NCBI GenBank assembly: GCA_963729895.1
Contig: CAVSQB010000019.1
Coordinates: 32,001 to 96,000, forward strand
Source of the DNA: an uncultured Fibrobacterota bacterium
GTDB taxonomy: Bacteria; Fibrobacterota; Chitinivibrionia; Chitinivibrionales; FEN-1185
Direction of reading: 5' to 3'
DNA: 64,000 nt
The notes below the pieces were generated by a model. It did no database searches and was not told the DNA's origin. It was given only the letters and a program-made list of their open reading frames with translations. Each line of letters begins with the position of its first letter. The stretch's first letter is position 1. The translations under genes and the position numbers were made by a program. Below, piece after piece: positions 29,445 to 39,476 of the stretch.

Positions 29445-32276
29445 ATGATGCGAAGAGCATCGGTGTTAATCGCTTTAGCAGTTTTTGTGTTCACGCAGAG
29501 CGGCGCGGCACAAACGACCTATCAAGGCGAGCCGAGCAACCGGGTCAGGATCAACCTCGGCGCAACGTCCTGGAAACTCATCCAATCCGACCCTGTCGGC
29601 GCACAGGCATTGGCCTACAACGACGCGTCGGGAGTGGATGTGGGCCTTCCGCACAGCATGGGCCAGGATGCGATGTTTGGCAACACCGCCTCGGGCGGCA
29701 GTAGCGGGCCGGGCGGACCCTACTGGTACCGCAAGAAATTCAAGCTCGCTTCAGCCTTTGCGAATAAGAAGGTCTTCCTGGAAATCGAGGGCGCGCATCT
29801 CGGGTGCCAGGTCTATTTCAACGAACAATTGATGCCCACATCAAGCGCGGAGAATCCGCAGGCGACGCACGTGGTGGGATTTATCGGCACCATTCACGAC
29901 GTGACGAGCCTGGCGAAATTCGACGGGTCGGACAATATCGTGGCGATACGCGTCGGCATGGGGGGCGGATTCTTTGCCGACCCTGGTTTCTCCACGGTGT
30001 TCAGATTCGGGCAGGGCTGTGCCGGCGTTTTCAGGCCCGTGTGGCTGCACATCACCGATAAGGTCCATGTTCCTTCGAACGTCTATTCGAACCTCAAACA
30101 GTGGGGCACCTATGTTGCAACCACGTCGGTCGCCCCCGACCTCTCTTCGGCCATGGTGAGAATACTCACCAACGTCATGAACGAGAACGCGACCGACCAG
30201 ACCGTCACGCTCACCACCAAGATCGTTGATGCATCGAACAACAACGTCGTGGCCTCCAAAGAGGCGACCCATTTGATCCCGGCCGGCCAGACCTGGGAGT
30301 TCGACCAGACCGACACCATCGCCAATCCCAAGCTGTGGTGGCCCAACAACAGCATCTACGGCAAGCCCAACATGCACACGGTGTACCACATTGTCAAGGT
30401 GGGCGGCGCCACCGTCGACGTGTTTGAGAGCCCGCTGGGAATCCGCACCATCACCTGGGACAAGAACTTCCCGTACATCAACGGCAAGGTTCACCACCTG
30501 TACGGCGGCGCATCGCGCTACGACTATCCCGCGCTTGGCACAGCGCTGCCGCCCGGCATCGAGTTCAGGGACGCGAAGCTGATGGCCGACGTGGGCGGCA
30601 ACCTCTGGCGGCCCGGCCATTCGTCGTGCTCAATCGGGTTCGTAAACGCGTGCGACGCCTATGGCATCATGCTCATCGACCCGAGCGGCGAGGGCGAGGG
30701 TGCCTTCAGCGGCTCGTCGCCCGCCGACGCAAAGGGCACGCTCAAGTGCGAGCTCCACCGCGACATGATCATCCGCGACCGGAACCATCCCTCGCTACTT
30801 GCGTGGGAGGCGAGTAACGGCGACATGGCGCAGGCCATGGCCGACTCGCTCCGGGGCCTGTCGAACGTCTGGGACTCGCTTACTCCCAGGGCCCAGAACC
30901 TCCGGGGCGCTCCATTTGAAGAAGGCTTTGACGATCTGCATTCCTGCACCTTGACAGGGTGCGACGCACAGCAGAAGCCGTTCCATCCGGACTGGCCGTG
31001 GTGGGGCGCGGAATACTGGGGCTCCCCCACGTCGCGCTTCGCGTACGACTACCAGATCCAGTTTTCCGCGGGATTCCTGCACGACTGGGCCGGCGGCATC
31101 ACCAACAACTGCTTCGGCATAGCGCAGTGGTATTTTGCGGAGACGCCCGGCGAGGTCCAGACGTTCCTCGGCAGCACCCTCACCGCGCGCTCGTTCGGCT
31201 CCTCCATGTGCGATTTCAACCGCCTCCCGAAATTTCTCTATTATCAATATGGCGTGTGCTGGGTTCCCTACAGCCTGCAGCCGCGTATCGCGATCGCCAA
31301 CCATTGGAACCGGTCCGGCGGCGCCGTGCGGGTCGACGTGTGGAGCAACTGCCCGCAGGTGCGGCTCAGCGTGAACAATACCGTCGTCGGGACGCAGGCG
31401 CCCAACGGCAGGCTCGGTGCGGCCGGCGGCATATCCGACGTGAGCAACACCACCACGCAGCTGCCGTACCAGTGCACGTTCCAAAACGTGACCTGGGCCG
31501 CCGGCACGCTGAAGGCCGAGGGACTTGACTCAAGCGGAAACGCGGTCTGCACCGACCAGCAGATCACGGCCGGCGCGCCGGACCATGTCGTACTATGGGT
31601 CGACACCAACATGCAGCGGCCCGGCAACGTGAAGATCCCCATCACAGCCAACGGCACCGATGTCGCGCTTATCAAGGCCACCGTCGTCGACGCCAGCGGA
31701 AACTGGTGCCCCACTGCAGACGGGGTCGTCACCTGGAGCGTGACCGGACCCGCCACGTACCGCGGCGGTTCGGACCAGTTTGTAGGGGCGGGCGACGCCG
31801 GGTGGCACGCGCCGGGCGACCCGAACCTCAACATCGAGGGCGGCATGGCGATGGTGGCGGTGCGGTCGCAGTTTGCAACCGGGACCGTCACGGTGGGTGC
31901 AACGGTGGCGGGACTGCCGACTCCCTCGGCATCGGTTTCCTATGCTATCACGCCCGTTCTCGATATCGTGCGGACCGACACGCTCGCCGTCGGCGCCAGG
32001 ATCGCGCCCGAACCCGTACGCCTCATGCCCGCCGTGCAACTGGCAATGACCGGCAGGGTTCTGAAGTATTATCTGAACACCACCGCGGTGGTAGGCCTCG
32101 ACATCATGAACGCAAGCGGCAGGCTGGTGCAGCGGATCGCGGCGACAAAGCAAGCTGCAGGGTGGCACTTGATAAACGCGTCCCTGCAACCGGTACGGGG
32201 CAGCGGCGTGCTGCTATTCCGGTTCATGGTTGACGGAAGGGTAATGGACGCGAAACGGTTTGTCGTGATGAGATGA
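29445..32276 (+). CDS. Secreted glycoside hydrolase family 2 protein (TIM barrel, Ig-like domains, C-terminal sorting-like domain)
   Basis: WYRKKF, FLEIEGA, GVFRPVWL, PKLWWP, GIRTI and RDRNHPS; signal peptide and RBS. Confidence 0.88.
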   Translation: MMRRASVLIALAVFVFTQSGAAQTTYQGEPSNRVRINLGATSWKLIQSDPVGAQALAYNDASGVDVGLPHSMGQDAMFGNTASGGSSGPGGPYWYRKKFKLASAFANKKVFLEIEGAHLGCQVYFNEQLMPTSSAENPQATHVVGFIGTIHDVTSLAKFDGSDNIVAIRVGMGGGFFADPGFSTVFRFGQGCAGVFRPVWLHITDKVHVPSNVYSNLKQWGTYVATTSVAPDLSSAMVRILTNVMNENATDQTVTLTTKIVDASNNNVVASKEATHLIPAGQTWEFDQTDTIANPKLWWPNNSIYGKPNMHTVYHIVKVGGATVDVFESPLGIRTITWDKNFPYINGKVHHLYGGASRYDYPALGTALPPGIEFRDAKLMADVGGNLWRPGHSSCSIGFVNACDAYGIMLIDPSGEGEGAFSGSSPADAKGTLKCELHRDMIIRDRNHPSLLAWEASNGDMAQAMADSLRGLSNVWDSLTPRAQNLRGAPFEEGFDDLHSCTLTGCDAQQKPFHPDWPWWGAEYWGSPTSRFAYDYQIQFSAGFLHDWAGGITNNCFGIAQWYFAETPGEVQTFLGSTLTARSFGSSMCDFNRLPKFLYYQYGVCWVPYSLQPRIAIANHWNRSGGAVRVDVWSNCPQVRLSVNNTVVGTQAPNGRLGAAGGISDVSNTTTQLPYQCTFQNVTWAAGTLKAEGLDSSGNAVCTDQQITAGAPDHVVLWVDTNMQRPGNVKIPITANGTDVALIKATVVDASGNWCPTADGVVTWSVTGPATYRGGSDQFVGAGDAGWHAPGDPNLNIEGGMAMVAVRSQFATGTVTVGATVAGLPTPSASVSYAITPVLDIVRTDTLAVGARIAPEPVRLMPAVQLAMTGRVLKYYLNTTAVVGLDIMNASGRLVQRIAATKQAAGWHLINASLQPVRGSGVLLFRFMVDGRVMDAKRFVVMR

Positions 32277-32399
32277 CGGGCGGATAAGACGGAAGGCATG
32301 GTGCCGCGGGCGAGGAGTCCGCGGCACTTTTCTTTTAACCGCCGCACTCAATATGTCGGCCACCATCGCAGATCCTGGCCGCACGGGGAAATCATCTTG

Positions 32400-32433
32400 T
32401 TTTCTTTTAAGGCACACGATAAGGCCGCCCGTC
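32400..32433 (+). repeat. Direct repeat, right of the GH2 gene
   Basis: TTTTCTTTTAAGGCACACGATAAGGCCGCCCGTC. Confidence 0.85.
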
Positions 32434-32477
32434 GTGCGAAGCAAGGATAAAGTAAAAAAACAATCAGAAAAGAAATC

Positions 32478-32614
32478 TGGGCGCCCCGCGGCCTTGCCGC
32501 GGCGGCCCTCCTTTCGGGCTCGGCCTTCGGCCTCGTTGCCGCCTGTCCCTACCGCCTTCGGCTAAGGATCAGGCGGCAATGCGCTCCAGCGCACCCTCCA
32601 GTCCGGCCTGGCGC
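32478..32614 (-). repeat. Structured intergenic element, copy B
   Basis: Reverse complement GCGCCAGGCCGGACTGGAG...GAGGCCGAAGGCCGAGCCCGAAAGGAGGGCCGCC...GGGGCGCCCA. Confidence 0.8.
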
Positions 32615-32846
32615 GGGAATACAGACCTGTCCCCACTCGACATTTCTCCTGGTGGAAGTAAATTGCGAAATGAATGTGATTGCGAGCGCAGCGAAGCACT
32701 TTCATGAAAGTCAAGGTTGCGTCCATCCATTCCCGTAAGGCGTGGTTTGACAAAAAGATTTACCTGCCAATGCAATGCCTAATGCCATAAGGAGAAAAAC
32801 ACGGCTACCTCGTGAATTCATAATTAATTTCCCAGCTCTCTTGATA

Positions 32847-34142
32847 AGGGGACCTCTAAAAATTCTGTAAAATAGTAGATTCCAAGATCATGTTGACAGA
32901 TAGTATTATTTCGCGATGTCAGGGCGTCTATTTGTCTGATAGGTGCCCAAAACTGTTCTTTTTTCGGTCCCTTTGGGGGCCTTGTGCGGTCCTGTCCCGC
33001 TTTTCAGGCGTGGCACTCAAGATATGCAAAGCGTTTTATGTTGTAAACCAGGTTCAGGAGTCCTATCTTCGCCGCGGCCCTCAGCCGCCCGATACACCTG
33101 ATCCTGCCACGAAACATGATTTCTATTTGAGCAAACACATGTTCTATACGCGATCTGACTTTGGATTTCTTCCGGTTCTGTGCCAATTGTGCTTCCGTCA
33201 ATGGTGCGCCACGAGTCCCTTTGACACATATTTTGCTTCTGTACCAGAGATAATCAAGCCTTTGTTCCGCCTTTTCCGAATGATACGCGCTGTCGGCAAA
33301 CACGTCCGCGTTCGTGTTCTCAGGATTAAGGAGAGGTTCAAGCATATTGGAGTCGTGCACTTCTGCGGATGTCGCCGCATAGTCTCGAATGATTTTATGC
33401 TTCGCGTCTACCGACGCATGGTTCTTGTAGCCAAAAAACGTCTGATCGTTCTTCTTCGTCCATCGCGCATCAACATCTTTCTGACGAAGTTTCTCAGGGT
33501 GCTTTTCCCATTCCTGCGGCGTGCCCCCGTTCTTGATTTCTTTATTCTCCTCCCGCGTGTTTCTCTGGCGAGGTACCTCGACAAAACTCGCATCTATTAT
33601 TTGGCCTTTCTGGGCAGTGTAACCCGCTTCGTTCAACTGACGACCGAACAGGTCAAACAGCTTCTTGACAACGCCTGCTTGTGTCAGCGTTTCCCGAAAC
33701 AACCAGACCGTTTTCTCGTCGGGAATGCTATCCTCGGAAGTGAGTTCAAGAAACCGTTTGAACGTCAATCGGTCCAGAATCTGAAACTGGGTTTGCGCAT
33801 CGGAAAGCCCATACATCGTCTGCAACACGAGAATCTTGAACATCAGGATATAATCGTACGGTGGACGACCGGCGTTGCTCTTCCGTTCCTTGCGAAAAGC
33901 CTTGTCAATAACAGGACGAAAACTCTTCCAACGTATGGCCCGATTGATGGTTTCAAGAGGGTCTCCCATTTCGGAAAGCTCGGAAAGGCGATTCTCAAGG
34001 TCAAAAAGGCCTATCTGTCCCATCGCAATATCCTCCAGACGGTAGTGGGTTCGCAGGTTTGTTGTCTGGAATTAAAATAATTGACGAAATAGCCTTTGTC
34101 AAGCATTAATTGGGCAAATTAGGCAATTTTTAGAGGTCCCCT
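32847..34142 (-). mobile_element. IS5-family insertion sequence
   Basis: Perfect 18-bp terminal inverted repeats AGGGGACCTCTAAAAATT (32847-32864) / AATTTTTAGAGGTCCCCT (34125-34142) enclosing a transposase. Confidence 0.92.
33004..34023 (-). CDS. IS5-family DDE transposase
   Basis: GRPPYD, IPDEKTVWLFRE, IIDAS, DARWTKK, FGYKNH, FADSAY and RSRIEHVF. Confidence 0.95.
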   Translation of the reverse strand: MGQIGLFDLENRLSELSEMGDPLETINRAIRWKSFRPVIDKAFRKERKSNAGRPPYDYILMFKILVLQTMYGLSDAQTQFQILDRLTFKRFLELTSEDSIPDEKTVWLFRETLTQAGVVKKLFDLFGRQLNEAGYTAQKGQIIDASFVEVPRQRNTREENKEIKNGGTPQEWEKHPEKLRQKDVDARWTKKNDQTFFGYKNHASVDAKHKIIRDYAATSAEVHDSNMLEPLLNPENTNADVFADSAYHSEKAEQRLDYLWYRSKICVKGTRGAPLTEAQLAQNRKKSKVRSRIEHVFAQIEIMFRGRIRCIGRLRAAAKIGLLNLVYNIKRFAYLECHA

Positions 34143-34407
34143 GCATACATGATGACGGGAACAGAGGCCTTCCCAATTCGTTTGTCGATCTTCACTCGAT
34201 GCTCTTCCTTTGAGGTACCTGCCAAACGGGTATTTCGGCCTCAGTGTAATGGCGGTTCCCGCCCAAGAATGCGTCCTGCATTTGAAAGCAGGAATTATCA
34301 GTTTCAAAAGCCTTGATTTGCGGCATGACGGCCTCTCCGGTCTGGCACGCAGACCCTACGACGAGACACTAATCTCTTGCCCTGCAAAGCGGAATCTGCA
34401 TCAACGT

Positions 34408-35463
34408 TCATCGTTGCATAGTGTCAAACAATTGCTCAAAATACCTTTTTATTCTTCTTCCATATGCCTTACTACCGGCCGTAAACAAGTGTGCTTCCTC
34501 GTCAATCGAAAGAGTCGGTAAGCGCTTGTTTCTTTTGAAGCGCACCGTGATAATTTGGGGCAGCATCCTTACCGTGTCGGCATAAGCCAGGAAAAGACCC
34601 GGCTGCACAAAAGCTTTCAGCAGAAAGAACATTTGCAGAGGCAGCCAGTACAAAACATGACGAAATAGAATTTGGGGCCTTTCATTCAAAATCATGAGCC
34701 AGATCCTGTTGCGGTGATTCCTGTTTCGAGCAATTGCACGGAGCCTCTTATTACTCAGCGATCCCTCCCGCACATGCCATGCGCGCGTTTCGCATGTGCA
34801 GACCGCTTTCCATCCTCGTTTCCGCGCCCGCCAGGCAAGATCGACATCCTCACAGTAGGATTCAAATAATTCCAGGAAGGGGTTTTCGTCTAATGAAACG
34901 TCCAAAATCATTTTCCTCGAATAAACCGGGGCGCAGCCCCCCACGCCGAATGGAGAAGTGGTTTGTTGAATCGGCGTTTCCACTCTTACTCCGGCACCGA
35001 TATCATCATGATAGCGATTTCTGTTCAAGCCCACGCCAAGACTGTCGACAATAAGCGTTTTTTCCCCCTTGACCAACCGATACAAGATGCCGCTTACCAT
35101 TCCAACGTTATCGTTCCGTTCAAGAACTTGAGCGCACCTTTCCAGGTAATTGGTCTCCAGGAGAATGTCGACGTTCAGAAGGCAGATGAGACTTCCGGAG
35201 GAATGCTCGATGCCCCAATTCATTGCGCGTGCATACCCCACATTGCCGGCAAATTGGTGGTAGCGGGCCCTGTCTCTCCCTTGGCACCATTGTTGAGCAA
35301 TGAAGTCCGACCCATCGTTCGAATGGTTATCAAGCAGGATCAATTCCGTTGCCAGAACCGTCTGACTGGCGACAGAGTCGAGGAGCGCGGCAAGGGTATC
35401 CCTGCCGTTGTAGTTGAGAATGATAATCGAACAGTCAATTATCTTCTGATTTATTTCCGGCAT
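34408..35463 (-). CDS. Glycosyltransferase family 2
   Basis: IIILNYNG, LDNHSNDGS, NVGYARAMN, LLNVD and YCEDVDLAWR. Confidence 0.92.
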   Translation of the reverse strand: MPEINQKIIDCSIIILNYNGRDTLAALLDSVASQTVLATELILLDNHSNDGSDFIAQQWCQGRDRARYHQFAGNVGYARAMNWGIEHSSGSLICLLNVDILLETNYLERCAQVLERNDNVGMVSGILYRLVKGEKTLIVDSLGVGLNRNRYHDDIGAGVRVETPIQQTTSPFGVGGCAPVYSRKMILDVSLDENPFLELFESYCEDVDLAWRARKRGWKAVCTCETRAWHVREGSLSNKRLRAIARNRNHRNRIWLMILNERPQILFRHVLYWLPLQMFFLLKAFVQPGLFLAYADTVRMLPQIITVRFKRNKRLPTLSIDEEAHLFTAGSKAYGRRIKRYFEQLFDTMQR

Positions 35464-35751
35464 TTCTGCTCTCTCGAATCACTGGTTTTGAATGACCTGC
35501 AAAGTAACGAATGCAAGAATTCCGAACTGCCGCACGAATTTCGACACTATCGCCGAATCCCTTCGTGAAAATACAACGTGTTGATCATCCTTTGCCTGGT
35601 TTTACGGGAAAAGATCATGCCACTGCGGCATGGATTTGAGTTATCTTTCTAATCAACGAGGAGCATTCATGCCGTCAAAGTAATAGACCAGGACGTTACT
35701 CGATTCGAATTCCTGTTTTTGGTTGTTGCTTTCATGGAAATCCGAAGCACT

Positions 35752-36873
35752 ATGCACGTTTTTATTGACGCTCGCGGACTTGAGAACCGGATAGACGGTA
35801 TCGGACAATTTGCTCTCCACATTCTGGCCCGTCTTCCCCTCCACACTCGCGCCCACTTTTCCGTCTTGGTGCGAGACGATCTGCACTACGATTTGCCTTC
35901 CGCCCCGCATGTCGCGTACCTGCCAACGACGATACGCCGGTTCACATTTGGCGAAGCGAAAGGGATAGGGTCGCTGGTGTTCGCGGTTAAGCCTGATCTC
36001 TATTTCAATCTTTCTTCGTACCTCCTCAACGGCATCGGCTGTAAACGCTACATGATGCTCTATGATCTGCTTTCAACGCATTTCAAGGGGCACTTCAGGG
36101 GGATGGGCTTGGTAAAGGGATTCCTTGCAAGGAAATATTTCAGGCACCGGCTGAAGAAATCGGTCGAAAAAGCCGATGGAATATTTACAATATCAAATTA
36201 TTCCCGGGAGAAAATCTGCAGTCAGTACAAAATCGACAAATCCAGGATCGGTGTTGTGTATGGAGGTGTCGACACGCAGTATGATGCCCACAGTGATGAA
36301 AGAAGAAAACAGGATTTCCTGAGCAGGCATTCCCTGCCTAAAAAGTTTTTCCTGCATGTTGGAAATCTGAAACCATATAAAAACGTTGCGGGCATTCTCA
36401 AGGCATACAGCAGCTTTATCAAAAAACACCCTGAATCAGAAATAGATTTCGTATTCACCGGCGGCCCTGGTCGCGGCTACAACGAAACCCTGGACCTAAT
36501 TGCCTCGTTGAATCTGAAGCAATCGGTAAAGATAATGGGTTATTTTAATGGAGAGGAAATGCCGCTTTTGTATAGTGCGTCCCTCGGCCTGTTCTTCCCA
36601 TCGCTGGAAGAAGGATTTGGGTTGCCCGTGCTCGAGGCGATGTGCTGCAAGACACCGGTAGTGACGTCACAAGGGACGGCAACGGAGGAGATCGCCGGCG
36701 GTCACGCGTTTCTGGTCGACCCACGATCGCACAATTCATTGCTGGACGGACTGGAACACCTTGCCTTTTCCGAAAAGAATGCCGACGCAATCGACAAAGC
36801 GTATTCCCATGCAAAGGAATTCTCTTGGGACAAGACAGCGGACACCATCATTTCCGCCCTGTTAGAGAAGTAA
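35752..36873 (+). CDS. Glycosyltransferase family 4 (GT-B)
   Basis: FIDAR, VGNLKPYKN and FPSLEEGFGLPVLEAMCC. Confidence 0.92.
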   Translation: MHVFIDARGLENRIDGIGQFALHILARLPLHTRAHFSVLVRDDLHYDLPSAPHVAYLPTTIRRFTFGEAKGIGSLVFAVKPDLYFNLSSYLLNGIGCKRYMMLYDLLSTHFKGHFRGMGLVKGFLARKYFRHRLKKSVEKADGIFTISNYSREKICSQYKIDKSRIGVVYGGVDTQYDAHSDERRKQDFLSRHSLPKKFFLHVGNLKPYKNVAGILKAYSSFIKKHPESEIDFVFTGGPGRGYNETLDLIASLNLKQSVKIMGYFNGEEMPLLYSASLGLFFPSLEEGFGLPVLEAMCCKTPVVTSQGTATEEIAGGHAFLVDPRSHNSLLDGLEHLAFSEKNADAIDKAYSHAKEFSWDKTADTIISALLEK

Positions 36874-37029
36874 CCGGAGCAAAGGTACGTGAGGTCTGCC
36901 AGGCGATGATACGGGATTCCGGCGGTTTCCCGTATCGGTTTTGCCCGGTTATGATGAGGAGAAGTATTGTTTCAAAGTCTGATGTGGGGTTTCTGCCCGG
37001 CATCTGCTTTCTTCCGGCAGAAAAACACC

Positions 37030-37701
37030 CTAAAACTCCTTCTTCTCCGTAAAGTCCACTATCCACCCGAACCCGGCGGAAATCGAAAACACGCTGTGGT
37101 GCAGTGCGAGGGGATAGTCGGGATTGTTGAGGAAATTTGTGGCTCCCCAGGTATACCGTATGTCAATTGGAATTATCGCGTTTCCGTGTTTTATGTTCAA
37201 CGACAGGCCGGCGCACAACCCCAGGTCGAACGGCTGCGTCTGCGCCAGCATGTCGGACGTATTACCGCCTTTGTAGACGGCTTCGGCGACAAGCGGGAAG
37301 GCAAAATCCGGGCCTCCGTACAGGACGGGGCGAAAGATATCGTGTTTGTAAAACTTCCATTTGGCGAGGATGGGTATTTCGAGATAGGTGAAACTGCTCG
37401 GATACTTGTCGGAAAGTGCGTAGAAGGAGTCGGGGTTCTTCCAGCTTTCCCCCCTAAGCCCGAGGCCGATTTCCTCCTGCAGGCCAAAGTTCTCGGTGAG
37501 CCATTCGCTTGCGAACGCGCACACGTTGATCCCTGCCTTGGGAACAGTGGCGTTTGAGGTGTCACCAATGACTCCCGACACGTTAAGCCCGATCCTGGCG
37601 CCTATCGACAACTCGACGGCCGGCGTGGTCTGCACGAGCAATGCCGCAAACACCGCAGCTGCGCTGATTTTTCCAAGTGAGCTATTGATCATGTCAACCA
37701 C
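37030..37701 (-). CDS. Outer-membrane beta-barrel (PorT/porin-family-like) protein
   Basis: Signal peptide, GARIGLNVS, YLEIPILAK, DIRYTWG and a terminal amphipathic strand. Confidence 0.75.
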   Translation of the reverse strand: MVDMINSSLGKISAAAVFAALLVQTTPAVELSIGARIGLNVSGVIGDTSNATVPKAGINVCAFASEWLTENFGLQEEIGLGLRGESWKNPDSFYALSDKYPSSFTYLEIPILAKWKFYKHDIFRPVLYGGPDFAFPLVAEAVYKGGNTSDMLAQTQPFDLGLCAGLSLNIKHGNAIIPIDIRYTWGATNFLNNPDYPLALHHSVFSISAGFGWIVDFTEKKEF

Positions 37702-37898
37702 TTCTCCTTACTCAAAATATCCGGCTGATGATGCTAATATACCTTTCTTTCCCGGCCCTGGGCAACATGATGAAAAGGTTGCAGGCAAACAAACAAGACT
37801 CGAGCGCGCTTTGCGCCTCCCGCACACGGGAAAAGGCGTGTTCCAGGCTGGTCGCACTGTCGGGTGCCGCGCGACACAAGGTTTGGCCTTTTTTGGGG

Positions 37899-37926
37899 TT
37901 GAATTCCGTTGACTTCATGGTACAAT
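37899..37926 (+). promoter_or_regulatory. Putative sigma70 promoter (TTGAAT-16-TACAAT, extended -10 TG)
   Basis: TGGTACAAT extended -10 upstream of a structured leader. Confidence 0.5.
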
Positions 37927-38003
37927 AAAGAATACGGTATCAAGAGAGTCAGGGTCCGGCGAACCGTAACCCTAGGCCCGTGCGGGAGTGTGGCGGACGG
38001 AGC

Positions 38004-38036
38004 GAGCCCGGGTTCGCGAAAGAACCGGGCTCTTTT
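38004..38036 (+). terminator. Leader terminator upstream of the beta-CASP gene
   Basis: GAGCCCGGGTTC/GAACCGGGCTC stem plus TTTT, 42 nt before the start codon. Confidence 0.65.
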
Positions 38037-38078
38037 CATAACAACAATGGCGCAGTGATATCCGGAGGGAGCCATCGC

Positions 38079-39476
38079 ATGCAATTGCAATTCTTTGGAG
38101 GAGCGCAAACCGTCACCGGTTCGCAACATGTTCTTTCCGTCAACGGTCATTCCGCGTGCATCGAATGCGGCCTGTTTCAGGGCAGACGGAGCGAGTCATA
38201 TGAAAGGAACCTGAACTTCGCCTTTGACCCCGCAAAACTCGACTGTCTCATATTGTCGCATGCGCACATCGACCACAGCGGCAACATCCCCAACCTTGTC
38301 AAAAGGGGATTTGCCGGGCCCATCTATGCCACGCCGCCCACCGTGGATTTGTGCCGCATCATGCTGCGCGATTCTGCGTACCTCCAGCTGAAAGACCTTG
38401 AATTTGTCAATGCGAAAAAGCGCAAACAGCACGACACGCCGCTTGAGCCCCTGTACACGATCCAGGATGCCGAGGCATGCATGGACAAGTTTATTGCCGT
38501 CCCTTACAACAGGCCTTTCGCGCCACTCCCCGGCGTGTCGGCGACGTTCCGGGACGCCGGCCACATTCTCGGATCGGCAGGCGCGTCATTTGAAATCAAC
38601 GAAAACGGCCGGATGATCCGGTTCGGCTTCACCGGCGATATCGGCAGGCCGAACATGGCGGTGATCCAGGACCCCGACATTTTGCGCGACCTCGATATTC
38701 TCCTGATGGAAAGCACCTACGGCAACCGCACGCACGGCCCGTCGGACCATGTTGAGGAGGACCTGGCCGCAACCATCCGGGAGACTGCGGCGAGCGGCGG
38801 CAAAGTCATCATACCCGCATTTGCGGTCGGACGAACCCAGCAACTGGTTTATCATTTTCATAAACTGTTCAACGAAGACCGCATTCCCGACATGCCGATT
38901 TACGTGGACAGCCCTCTTGCATGCGACGCAACCACCATCTTCCGCAACCATCCGGAATGCATGGATCGTGAAACCAACCGTATTTTCCTGTCGGGCAACG
39001 AGGACCCCTTCGGGTTCTCGCGGCTCAGCTATGTTCGCGACATCAACGAATCCAAGGCGCTCAACGGCCTCACCTATCCGCACATCATCATATCGTCGTC
39101 GGGCATGTGCGAAGGCGGGCGCATTCTGCATCATCTGCGAAACAACATCGAGAACCCCAAGAACCTGGTACTTTTTGTGGGATACGCTGCAAAGGAAACG
39201 CTTGCGCGAAAGTTGATGGACGGCAACCGCGTGGTGCGCATTTTCGGCGTCGAGCACACGGTAAAGTGCAAGATCAGGACGATCGATGCTTTCAGCGCGC
39301 ACGCGGATTCGGGAGAACTGGCCCAGTACGCCTCGCTTACGCCGCCGGACAGACTCCGTCATATCGTCCTCGTGCACGGTGAAGAGGATCAGGCGCTTCC
39401 GCTTCGGGATGCGCTCCTTTCCAAAGGGTACAAAAACGTCTATTATCCCTCGCCCAAGGAAGCGATTTCGTTCTGA
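38079..39476 (+). CDS. MBL-fold beta-CASP nuclease (RNA-processing family)
   Basis: GGAQTVTGS, SHAHIDHSG, AGHILGSA, FTGDIG, MESTYG, FSAHAD and LVHGE. Confidence 0.92.
   Translation: MQLQFFGGAQTVTGSQHVLSVNGHSACIECGLFQGRRSESYERNLNFAFDPAKLDCLILSHAHIDHSGNIPNLVKRGFAGPIYATPPTVDLCRIMLRDSAYLQLKDLEFVNAKKRKQHDTPLEPLYTIQDAEACMDKFIAVPYNRPFAPLPGVSATFRDAGHILGSAGASFEINENGRMIRFGFTGDIGRPNMAVIQDPDILRDLDILLMESTYGNRTHGPSDHVEEDLAATIRETAASGGKVIIPAFAVGRTQQLVYHFHKLFNEDRIPDMPIYVDSPLACDATTIFRNHPECMDRETNRIFLSGNEDPFGFSRLSYVRDINESKALNGLTYPHIIISSSGMCEGGRILHHLRNNIENPKNLVLFVGYAAKETLARKLMDGNRVVRIFGVEHTVKCKIRTIDAFSAHADSGELAQYASLTPPDRLRHIVLVHGEEDQALPLRDALLSKGYKNVYYPSPKEAISF

Noticed and set aside
32890..34080. 396-aa ORF antisense to the IS5 transposase
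   Set aside because: Fully overlaps the transposase on the opposite strand and has no recognisable motifs.
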